This document shows positions 1-7,641 of a stretch of 64,000 nucleotides of DNA, piece by piece; position 1 is the first letter of the stretch, and the number at the start of each line of letters is the position of its first letter. Origin of the DNA: Pseudomonadota bacterium (GTDB lineage Bacteria; Pseudomonadota; Gammaproteobacteria; Pseudomonadales; UBA5862). The stretch is from positions 775 through 64,774 of the forward strand of contig JAXHVB010000018.1 in assembly GCA_034189125.1 (NCBI GenBank). The letters are read 5' to 3'. The position numbers were made by a program, and so were the translations under genes. The notes under the pieces were generated by a model. The model was given only the letters and a program-made list of their open reading frames with translations, did no database searches and had not been told where the DNA came from.

Positions 1-107
1 TTTGGGTGGTTCCACGCTGCCTGGACAGTGCCGTCGGCCCACAACAGCGCTTGAGGACCGCACTCCAGGCAGGAGTCGGCTAGGCTTAACGTCGGGGGGC
101 TGCGCTG

Positions 108-899
108 TTGGCCGCCCGTCGATCAACGGATTCATCCACCCAGGGTTGCGCAGTCCGGCCCCCTCAACCCGACGGTCTTTTTGCCTTGCGTACTCCGCTC
201 CGCCACCTTCGTACTCCTTTCCAGTCTGTGTCCCCCCGCCTGCACATCGCCCTGCAGGTGCCGGCAACCCTGGCGGTGGTGGCCTGGGTACCCGGCAATG
301 TGGCCAAGTTGGTCCTGTTGGTGGCCCTCTGGGCGCTGACCTTCGGCCGTGTGAGGCGCAGCGAAGCGGCGCTGTTCCTCGGTGCTTGCGTGCTGTTCAC
401 TGGGATGAATGCCATGGCGCTGCGCCAGGGGATCTTTCGGTTCAGTGAGCCGGATGTGCTCGGCATGCCCCTGTACGAGCTGGGGATGTGGGGGTTCTAT
501 CTGCTGCACACTCGCCGCCTCTGGCCCGCGCCCGCAGCGGCATTGCCGGGCTGGATCTTGTGGCTCACCATGGCGTGCTTCGCGCTGTCATTCGTGGCCA
601 TCACCGACTCGCTTTGGCTGCTGGTGGCCAGCGGGCTCGCGCTGGCGTCGGCCGTGGCGCTGAGCCACCGTGGACCGGACCTGGTGCACGCCGCCTATAT
701 GGTGGTGCTGGGCCTCTTGGTCGAAGCCACCGGGGTGGCTTCGGGCCAGTGGAGCTACCCCAGCAACCCGCCCCTTGGCGTCCCGCTCTGGTTTATGACC
801 CTGTGGGGCGGGGTGGGATACTTTGCCAGCCGCGTCGCCTGGCCCTGGTTTGTGCGGCTCGACACCGCCGACAACAAGGCGGAACCGCATGCCCGGTGA
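108..899 (+). CDS. hypothetical polytopic inner-membrane protein (start uncertain; in-frame GTG at 258 is an alternative)
   Basis: Sense ORF whose translation from about aa 51 is a series of hydrophobic helices (LVLLVALWALTF, FLGACVLFTG, WILWLTMACFALSFVAI, LWLLVASGLALASAVAL, AAYMVVLGLLVEA, LWFMTLWGGVGYF). The first ~50 aa are Arg/Pro-rich and look non-coding. No family recognised. Confidence 0.5.
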   Translation: MAARRSTDSSTQGCAVRPPQPDGLFALRTPLRHLRTPFQSVSPRLHIALQVPATLAVVAWVPGNVAKLVLLVALWALTFGRVRRSEAALFLGACVLFTGMNAMALRQGIFRFSEPDVLGMPLYELGMWGFYLLHTRRLWPAPAAALPGWILWLTMACFALSFVAITDSLWLLVASGLALASAVALSHRGPDLVHAAYMVVLGLLVEATGVASGQWSYPSNPPLGVPLWFMTLWGGVGYFASRVAWPWFVRLDTADNKAEPHAR

Positions 900-960
900 G
901 CACGCCAGTAGGCTCTCGCGCCGCCAGTGGCGCCTTGCATAGAAGGAGTGGCCTTGGACC

Positions 961-2598
961 ATGGATGATTTGACCGCAGCCCTGCGCGCCGCATTTGCGC
1001 CCGAGCAGCTCTCATTGAACCCGGCGGACTGCGACCGCTACCTGTGCAACACCATGGGGGCGCGTCGCCAATTGCTGGGGGCCGTACGCCCCGCCGACAC
1101 CGCAGAAGTGCAGCGGCTGGTGTGCATCGCACGCGAGCAGGGCGCGCCCCTGTACCCCATCAGCACCGGCAACAACTGGGGGTATGGCACCGCCTTGCCG
1201 GCGCTCGATGGCTGCCTGCTGGTGGACCTCTCGGGCCTCAACCGCATCGTCCATTTTGACCCTGACCTCGCCACGGTCACCCTGGAGCCTGGCGTGACCC
1301 AGGGCATGTTGTTCGACTTTTTGGCGCAACAGCCGGAACGGTTTCTGGTGCCCACCACTGGGGCTGGGCCCCAGTGCAGCCTGGTGGGCAATGCCCTGGA
1401 GCGTGGCTACGGCATCACGCCGGTCGCCGACCACTTCGCGGCGGTGCAGTCGGTTGAGGCGGTGCTCGGCAGCGGCGACCTCTACCAGGGTCCCTTCGAG
1501 GGCCTGGGTGCGACCACCGTGGAACGCTGTTTCAAGTGGGGACTGGGGCCCTATATCGATGGGCTTTTCGGCCAGTTCGGCGCTGGGATCGTGACCCGCA
1601 TGACGTTTCAATTGGCGCCGGTGCCCACCAAAATTCAGGCGTTTTACTTCTGGATGGATGCAGACTCGGGGCTGGATGCCGCTGTCGCTGCAGTGCGTGA
1701 CCTGCAACACCGGTTGCCCGGGGTGCTCGGTTCGATCAACCTGATGAACGCGCGCCGCCTGCTGTCCATGATGGGGCCATATCCGCGCGATCAGGTGCGC
1801 CCCGGCACCGTCATGTCCGAGGCCTTGGTGGCCGATCTGGCCCGCGAAAACCGGGTGTCGGCCTGGATGGGCTTTGGTGCGCTCTATGGTGAGGCACCGG
1901 TGGTTGCTGGAGCGCGGCGGGTGGTGCGTCAACGGCTCAAGGGGGTTGCGGACCGCAGCCTGTTCGTCAGCCCCAATACAGTGGCACGACTGCGGCCTTG
2001 GGCCGAACGGTTGCCCTTCGCCTGGGGCCGCAAGCTCGCCGACCTTGCCGGAACCCTGGACCGAAGCCTGCGTCTGGTGGCCGGTGAACCGAGTGAAATC
2101 GCGCTGCCACTGGCGTATTGGCGCCTCAGTGGCGATCGAACCCCGGATGCGGGGCTGAGTCCCGCAGAGGACGGCGCGGGCTTGCTGTGGTACGCACCGT
2201 TGGTGCCCATGCAACCCGAAGCGGTCGCTGCCTACCGGGGCATGGTCGAACGGGTCTGCACTGCGCATGGCATCGAACCGCTCGTGACCTTCACCTCGCT
2301 GTCGGCGCGCTGTTTTGACAGCACGGTGCCAATCCTGTTCGACCCTAAAGAACCCGGCGCCCGCGAGCGCGCCCACGCCTGCTTCGAGGCACTTTTTGCC
2401 GAGGGCAAGGCGTTGGGGTTTGTGCCTTATCGGCTCAATATCGAAGCCCAGCGCAGCGCCATCGACTACGACAGCACCTACTGGAAGTTGGTCGGGCGCA
2501 TCAAGCAGGCCATGGATCCGGACAACCTGATTGCGCCAGGGCGCTATGCACCGGTTGAGCTGCCGGGCAGTGCTGGGCAGGGCAATATCGGGGGCTAG
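961..2598 (+). CDS. FAD-binding (PCMH-type, vanillyl-alcohol-oxidase/p-cresol methylhydroxylase-like) oxidoreductase
   Basis: 545-aa ORF. The N-terminal segment AVRPADTAEVQRLVCIAREQGAPLYPISTGNNWGYG is typical of the FAD_binding_4 fold. The antisense 540-aa ORF (1012-2634) is an Arg/His-rich shadow. Confidence 0.8.
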   Translation: MDDLTAALRAAFAPEQLSLNPADCDRYLCNTMGARRQLLGAVRPADTAEVQRLVCIAREQGAPLYPISTGNNWGYGTALPALDGCLLVDLSGLNRIVHFDPDLATVTLEPGVTQGMLFDFLAQQPERFLVPTTGAGPQCSLVGNALERGYGITPVADHFAAVQSVEAVLGSGDLYQGPFEGLGATTVERCFKWGLGPYIDGLFGQFGAGIVTRMTFQLAPVPTKIQAFYFWMDADSGLDAAVAAVRDLQHRLPGVLGSINLMNARRLLSMMGPYPRDQVRPGTVMSEALVADLARENRVSAWMGFGALYGEAPVVAGARRVVRQRLKGVADRSLFVSPNTVARLRPWAERLPFAWGRKLADLAGTLDRSLRLVAGEPSEIALPLAYWRLSGDRTPDAGLSPAEDGAGLLWYAPLVPMQPEAVAAYRGMVERVCTAHGIEPLVTFTSLSARCFDSTVPILFDPKEPGARERAHACFEALFAEGKALGFVPYRLNIEAQRSAIDYDSTYWKLVGRIKQAMDPDNLIAPGRYAPVELPGSAGQGNIGG

Positions 2599-4895
2599 CC
2601 CGGCCGCGCCTGGGCCGGTCGGGATGTTCTCCACAGCAGCAGCGGCATCAGGATGAACAGGTCAATGATCCACGCCAGTGCGATGATCAGCGCGGTCATC
2701 CAGCCGAGGTGGATGTTCTGCTTGAAGTCCGAGACTGTCAGCAGCCAAAACGCCGGGACCAGCGAAGCTGTGGTGAGGGTCACTGCCTGTCCGACATTGC
2801 GCAGCGTGTGACGCACCGCCTCTTCGGGTGCACGGCCTTTGGCGCGTTGGCGCCGGTAGTGCGTAAGCAGGTGGATGCTGTCATCGACCACGATGCCGAG
2901 CGTCATGCCCATCACGGTCGACAGGGTGATGCCCACCTCCCCGACGACAAACCCCCAGAGGCCAAAGGCAGCGGCGCCGGGCAGGAGGTTGGCGCAGAAG
3001 CTGAGCGCCCCCAAGCGCCAGGACCTGAGCACAGCGACCATCAACACCGAGATGGCCACCAGCACCACCAACGTGCTGCCCATCATTTCCGAGAAGTTGC
3101 GGTGGGACAGGGTCGCAAACATCCAGTCCGGCCCACTGACGCGGGCAGCGGCCATAGAATCTGGCGCTTGGCGCGCCAAGCGTTCACTCGCGCGCTCGGC
3201 GAACCGGCGTAGGGACTCGCTGTCGGTCTTGTGCAGACTGACGCCCACCCGACTCGCGGATTTGTCGAGGTTGACCTGGTGGGTGGGATCGAGCCCAAAG
3301 GGCAATGACATCTCATAGAGCAAAAAGTACTGCGCGATCAGGTCGCGCCGCTGGGGCAGCGCCGGCTGTTGCGGCTGGCCACCATTCAGTTCTCGGTGCA
3401 GGTCGGTGATGGTGTCGCTGACCACCGCCACCTGGGCGACTTCCGGCTGGTCCCGAAGCCAGGCAGCAAAGCCGGCCAGGTGGTTCAGGTAGTCGGGGTC
3501 GAACACGCCCTCCGGGCCGTTTGCCGGAACCGACCATTCGAGGCGGCTCACCCCGGTCAGTTGGGCGTCGATCCAGTCCGAGTCGGCACGAAAATCGAGC
3601 GCCGGGTCGAAGAAATCGATGAGGGTGTCGTTGAGTTGGTTGCGTGCCACCCCCGTACTGGCTGCCACACCGAGGACCAAGAGGGTGGTGGAGATCCACC
3701 GCGGATGATGAAGAATGAGGTGCTCTGCCGCGCCCAGCGCACCCGTGGGGCGTTGGTGGCTGCGCCGGACAGGAACCGGCAGGCGCAAAATCAACCGTGG
3801 CAGCACCGCCAGCGAGAACAGGCAGGCGAATCCCACGCCAAGCGCGACGATCACGCCGATCCACTGGATCGGCGGGGAGCTGCTCAAAGTGAGCGACAGA
3901 AACCCGACAGCCGTGGTGAGGCTGGTCAGCAACACCGGGGTGCGGTTGTGGGCCAGGCTCGCCTGCATTGCCGTTGGTCGTGCCTCCCCGACACGCGGGT
4001 GTTGGAGGTAGCTTGAGACGATGTGGATGCAGTCAGCGATCGCCAATGGCAGCACCATGGCGGTGGCGGCTGCGACATCCGGCGTGAACCTTGGGGCGAA
4101 CCAGCCGACGGTGCCGAGCGCCGAGAGCAACGAAGCCCCGACCACCGCCAAAATGACCCCAACGTAGGCCAGGCTGCGCAGGGCTGCATAGAGCACTGTG
4201 ACCACCAACAGCACCATCAGCGGATACAGGCGCATGCTGTCCGCGCGGGCGGTCTCGGCCAGGGTCACATCCGAGACCAGGGAGCCGGTCAGGGCGATGC
4301 GGTGGTCGGGGTGCGCGGCGCGAAACCGATCAAGGGTTTGTTGCAATGCGGCGCCGCTGAGCTGTTTGGCCTGGTCCGGTTGGCCCTCGGGGAACCGAAA
4401 CGCGACTTGGATTCCTGCAGTGCGCCCGTCTTGACTCACCAACCGGGCGGCAGTGCTCGGTGCCTCTTGCAGCCACCGAAGCCGGGTGTGCCGTGTAGCG
4501 GAATCCAGCGTCTCCGGGTCGTCAAACAGGGGTTCGATGCGGACATCCTCGCCGTCGGCCCGGATGTGGGCGTGGTTGACCAGAGAGTCCACCCGCTGGG
4601 AGTGCGGCAAGGTCCAGAGGGCCTCGGTGAGCCCATGCAGCAGTTGCAAGGTGTCGATAGAAGTCAGGTCCGCATCGGCGGGCTGAACCGCGATGAGTGC
4701 GTAGTCGGTGGCTGAAAAGGCGTGTTCCAGCTCCTGGTAGGCCAACAGATCAGGGTCATCCGCGGAAAAGTAGCTGCGGTAGTCGGCCGAGACCTGAATT
4801 TGCCCCAGCCCCAGCGCCATGACCGCGGCCCAGAGCGCGGCAATCCCCAGCAGCCACCACCGCGGTGACGCCGATCTGTGCGCCCGTGTGGACAT
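2595..4895 (-). CDS. MMPL/RND-superfamily exporter (HpnN-like, two 6-TM bundles with periplasmic loops)
   Basis: 766 aa with an N-terminal TM (WWLLGIAALWAAVMALGLG) followed by two large soluble loops, each followed by a hydrophobic bundle. This architecture is typical of MMPL/SSD lipid exporters. The ATG at 4895-4893 directly abuts the upstream stop. Confidence 0.8.
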   Translation of the reverse strand: MSTRAHRSASPRWWLLGIAALWAAVMALGLGQIQVSADYRSYFSADDPDLLAYQELEHAFSATDYALIAVQPADADLTSIDTLQLLHGLTEALWTLPHSQRVDSLVNHAHIRADGEDVRIEPLFDDPETLDSATRHTRLRWLQEAPSTAARLVSQDGRTAGIQVAFRFPEGQPDQAKQLSGAALQQTLDRFRAAHPDHRIALTGSLVSDVTLAETARADSMRLYPLMVLLVVTVLYAALRSLAYVGVILAVVGASLLSALGTVGWFAPRFTPDVAAATAMVLPLAIADCIHIVSSYLQHPRVGEARPTAMQASLAHNRTPVLLTSLTTAVGFLSLTLSSSPPIQWIGVIVALGVGFACLFSLAVLPRLILRLPVPVRRSHQRPTGALGAAEHLILHHPRWISTTLLVLGVAASTGVARNQLNDTLIDFFDPALDFRADSDWIDAQLTGVSRLEWSVPANGPEGVFDPDYLNHLAGFAAWLRDQPEVAQVAVVSDTITDLHRELNGGQPQQPALPQRRDLIAQYFLLYEMSLPFGLDPTHQVNLDKSASRVGVSLHKTDSESLRRFAERASERLARQAPDSMAAARVSGPDWMFATLSHRNFSEMMGSTLVVLVAISVLMVAVLRSWRLGALSFCANLLPGAAAFGLWGFVVGEVGITLSTVMGMTLGIVVDDSIHLLTHYRRQRAKGRAPEEAVRHTLRNVGQAVTLTTASLVPAFWLLTVSDFKQNIHLGWMTALIIALAWIIDLFILMPLLLWRTSRPAQARPG

Positions 4896-5738
4896 CTAGT
4901 TCAGCGGCAGCCCCGCAGTTGTTGTCGTGAAACGGTCAATCAGGGCGTTGATAATTTCCGCGACATCGGGGTTCAGCGCTTGGCTTAGGCCTTGCTCGGT
5001 GATGATGAAGGGTGCGCGCTTGCCATGGTAGTCGGCGACCTCGCCAATTTGCTCGAACCGGATGCCGTGGATCTTCAGGTTGCGGTAGAGGCGTGGTTCC
5101 ATCATCACGAAGACTGCATCCAGCTGGCCGCGGCGGTGCAGGATTTCCGCCACAGCGGCAATGGACAGGTAGATGCCGAGCGCAATGAACGGCAGGGTGC
5201 GGCGTGTTTGCTGGGCATCAACGCTGGGGTTGCTTTCCCCGACCGACCCAGCCGGAAGGCGCAGGTCCTGTTGGCGGCGGCGGAATTGGGCACGCACGGC
5301 GAGCCTTGAGATTTCACCGCAACGCCCCGCATCGTCTTCGAGTCGCTCGCGCCACTGTGGGGCGATGCACTGCCAGCAGTGTTGGTACAGGGGAAGTCGT
5401 TGCAGCGATCGCTCTCCGCCCGGCGTGACCAAGCGGGCACTGCCGGCGAACACGGCAGACGCGTTGTGTTTCAGGAGCACGTGGTGGGCATGGGCGTCGT
5501 GCGGGTCCACCTCAAGGCCATTGGCGGTGCGGGGCTCGAAGCCGAACTCTTCGCAGTACACTTCGTGGCGGATTCGTTGGGTTTCCTGCACCAGTTCGGG
5601 GTTGTCGGCATAGAGGGGCGTATAGACCGGGGTAAAGTACCCGAAGAACGATTCAGCCACCGCCCCCGAGTTCGACTGAACCTGCGCCCTGGCTTTGGTG
5701 GAATCTGGATTGTGCGGTGGCTGCTTGTTGGGTTCCAT
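4896..5738 (-). CDS. PEP-CTERM/exosortase-associated acyltransferase (N-acyl amino acid synthase / autoinducer-synthase-like GNAT), copy 1
   Basis: Start taken at Met271 of the 550-aa track ORF (ATG at 5738-5736). The upstream 270 aa are low-complexity shadow sequence. Motifs: IRHEVYCEEFGFEPR, HHVLLKH, GEISRLAV. The stop TAG at 4896-4898 touches the exporter ATG. Confidence 0.8.
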   Translation of the reverse strand: MEPNKQPPHNPDSTKARAQVQSNSGAVAESFFGYFTPVYTPLYADNPELVQETQRIRHEVYCEEFGFEPRTANGLEVDPHDAHAHHVLLKHNASAVFAGSARLVTPGGERSLQRLPLYQHCWQCIAPQWRERLEDDAGRCGEISRLAVRAQFRRRQQDLRLPAGSVGESNPSVDAQQTRRTLPFIALGIYLSIAAVAEILHRRGQLDAVFVMMEPRLYRNLKIHGIRFEQIGEVADYHGKRAPFIITEQGLSQALNPDVAEIINALIDRFTTTTAGLPLN

Positions 5739-5909
5739 GGTGGGCAAGAGGCAGTTGAAGGGGTGGTGTCTGGGGTCAGTGACATTTGGAGAGGGCGCGC
5801 GCCCCGCCTTTTCGGCGGATAGGGGGCCATGTCTGCACCGGTCCAGAAGCGGTGCGCCGCTAGACCGGTGCGACCGCGCCACGTAAAGTGTAGTGCATCG
5901 GCGCTGGCA

Positions 5910-6653
5910 ATGGGCGATTGGGGGGCAGCTGTGTTCGACGAGCGCTACGATGTTTTGTTGGCTCGAACGCCCGCAACGGAAGCGGCGCACCATTGGGTGC
6001 GGTACAAGGTGTACTGTGAAGAGCGCGGGTTCGAGCCGCGGGACCGATTCCCCGACCAGCAAGAGCGCGACGGTTGGGATGACGATGCGGTGAAGTTTGT
6101 GGTCAAGCACCGCGGGTGGGAGGAGTACACCGCCGCTGTTCGGCTGGTCCAGGGTGGCTCTGCCGGCTTTCCGGCCGAGCACTACTGTGAATTGGACCAG
6201 GACCACCTGCGCTGCGTGGAGCCTGGGCAGGTGGCTGAGTTGTCGCGGCTGTGCGTGGTCAATGGCACCCGTCAGGATTTTTGGCCAGGTCCAACTGTAA
6301 GGCGCGCAGATTCCACCGCCAACCCAGCCACCGTGGTGGGGATTTTCTGGGGCCTGATGCGGGCTGCTCTGCGGTACAGCGAGCGCCACGACATTCGCCA
6401 CTGGTACTTCGTGACCACCCGCGGCATGGCGAAAATCCTGCAGCGCAACCTCATCGAGAGTGAATGCATTGGCGCGCCCTGCGTGCTGGGGGGGTTGCGG
6501 TACCCGTATCTCGTGGACGTGCATGCCTCCCGGCAACGAATCCTTCAATCATCCTCCCGGCTGGCGGGGTTTTACCGGGCCGATGCCCCCTACCATGTAG
6601 GGCACCACACCCCCGAGGAAGACCGGCAGGCCTCCTTGTCGCCCTTGCTATAG
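5910..6653 (+). CDS. PEP-CTERM/exosortase-associated acyltransferase (NAS-like GNAT), copy 2, divergent paralogue
   Basis: ATG at 5910 (Met28 of the track ORF). Shares VRYKVYCEERGFEPR, KFVVKH and AELSRLCV with copy 1. Length (~247 aa) is typical for the family. Confidence 0.75.
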   Translation: MGDWGAAVFDERYDVLLARTPATEAAHHWVRYKVYCEERGFEPRDRFPDQQERDGWDDDAVKFVVKHRGWEEYTAAVRLVQGGSAGFPAEHYCELDQDHLRCVEPGQVAELSRLCVVNGTRQDFWPGPTVRRADSTANPATVVGIFWGLMRAALRYSERHDIRHWYFVTTRGMAKILQRNLIESECIGAPCVLGGLRYPYLVDVHASRQRILQSSSRLAGFYRADAPYHVGHHTPEEDRQASLSPLL

Positions 6654-6780
6654 CCTCGTAAGACGATATGGCCAGCACGCGCCTCAGTTGTCGGTCGTGG
6701 GGCCCGCGATCCTCTTGTTTTGGGGTTTCGCGCCAAATGGAGTTGCAGGCGTGAAGCCGGTATCCTGTCCGCCGCTGTGC

Positions 6781-6814
6781 CTTGGGTTCCCAGGCGGCGC
6801 GCCGCTCTTGGGTT
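6781..6814 (+). promoter_or_regulatory. candidate operator upstream of the EPS operon: 12-bp perfect palindrome flanked by direct repeats
   Basis: GCGGCGCGCCGC (6794-6805) is a perfect palindrome. CTTGGGTT occurs at 6781-6788 and 6807-6814, each preceded by GCCGCT (6771-6776, 6801-6806). The element lies 90-130 nt upstream of the ATG at 6903. Confidence 0.25.
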
Positions 6815-6902
6815 TGGGCACTCTGCATACAATTTCGTCTACGCTTTAAACCGTTACCCGGTGGTTCATACCGCTGGGTGTGATTGCTCAAGGGGATTTC
6901 GA

Positions 6903-7538
6903 ATGACTGTGCGACGCACGTTGAGACTGGGACTGGTGGCTGCCGCGGTGGCCGTGCTAAGCGCGTGCAGCTCAGGGCTGCAAACCCTGCCGTCCGCGAC
7001 GCTGCGCCCATCGATCAATGTGGTTCAACAGGACTACGACTACTTGATCGGCCCCGGTGACAGCCTGCAGATTTTCGTTTGGAACAACCCCGAGGTGTCC
7101 ATGGGGGTCACCGTGCGGCCTGATGGAAAGATCAGCACGCCGTTGGTTGAGGACCTTGAAGTCAGCGGCATCACACCGACGGAAATGGCGCGCAAAGTTG
7201 AGGTGGTGCTCAGCCGGTACATCAAGGACCCCATCGTTACAGTCATCGCCGGTGGGTTCATTGGACCCTACGCGGAGCAGGTGCGCATCATCGGCGCTGC
7301 CAGTGCGCCCCAGTCGCTTCCCTACCGTGAGCACATGACAGTGCTGGATGTGATGATCGCCGTCGGAGGGTTGACGGACTTTGCCGCTGGCAACAGCACG
7401 CGGCTCATCCGCATTGAGGATGGGGCGCAGCAAGAGTACCGCGTTCGCTTGGAGGACCTGGTGCGCGATGGGGACATCAGCGCCAATGTGGACCTGAAGC
7501 CAGGTGACATCCTGATCATTCCTGAAGCCTGGTTTTGA
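6903..7538 (+). CDS. polysaccharide export outer-membrane lipoprotein (Wza-like, PEP-CTERM-locus export protein)
   Basis: ATG at 6903 gives MTVRRTLRLGLVAAAVAVLSAC with a lipobox LSAC. Poly_export motifs are present (YLIGPGDSLQIFVW, PDGKISTPL, GDILIIP). An SD-like AGGGGA lies upstream. Confidence 0.85.
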   Translation: MTVRRTLRLGLVAAAVAVLSACSSGLQTLPSATLRPSINVVQQDYDYLIGPGDSLQIFVWNNPEVSMGVTVRPDGKISTPLVEDLEVSGITPTEMARKVEVVLSRYIKDPIVTVIAGGFIGPYAEQVRIIGAASAPQSLPYREHMTVLDVMIAVGGLTDFAAGNSTRLIRIEDGAQQEYRVRLEDLVRDGDISANVDLKPGDILIIPEAWF

Positions 7539-7641
7539 CCCCGGTGCTTGTTGGTGGCGCGCAATGTTGCCTGTGGATGCGCCTGTGGTCAGACACAAAC
7601 TTTCAACCCCTTGAACACTGAGCAGCCTGCGGAAGGACGCG

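Noticed and set aside
143-182. Possible rho-independent terminator on the plus strand: GGGTTG (143-148) ... CAACCC (165-170) followed by TTTTT (178-182).
   Set aside because: The stem is only 6 bp with a 16-nt loop and a 7-nt spacer before the T-run, which is too weak to call. It is noted only because it would favour the downstream GTG (258) start for the first ORF.
1012-2634. 540-aa antisense ORF opposite the FAD oxidase. Similar long antisense or out-of-frame ORFs include 14857-16032(-), 16590-18335(-), 18268-19548(-), 21055-23244(-), 27778-29955(-), 30696-31565(-), 32077-33558(-), 36636-38108(+), 37918-38907(+), 38582-40045(+), 49676-50725(+), 52543-53697(+), 55292-56236(+) and 58226-58990(-).
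   Set aside because: These are typical high-GC shadow ORFs. Their translations are Arg/Pro/Gly/His-rich low-complexity sequence without motifs, while the opposite or alternate frame carries unmistakable enzyme motifs and operon-consistent start/stop coupling.
5739-6548. N-terminal 270 aa of the 550-aa track ORF 4896-6548(-). The same issue applies to the N-terminal extensions of 20338-22047, 23102-25123, 25086-26423, 31031-32071, 31873-33288, 43017-45338, 47154-48302, 51648-52772, 54743-56365 and 60178-61770.
   Set aside because: The extensions overlap neighbouring genes or intergenic DNA and are compositionally junk. Internal ATG/GTG codons that give canonical family N-termini (for example MCGIAG, MKILHV, MTQPRSMLITGGAGFIG) and 4-nt overlaps with the upstream stop are far better starts.
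6813-6828. Sigma-54-like sequence TTTGGGCACTCTGCAT upstream of the EPS operon, which would have fitted PrsR-type control.
   Set aside because: GG-to-GC spacing is 8-9 nt instead of the required ~12 (TGGCAC-N5-TTGC), so it does not fit the -24/-12 geometry. Other TGGCAC occurrences I checked (18231, 18436, 26411) lack a correctly spaced TTGC, and TGGCTT at 56355 has TTAT in place of TTGC.
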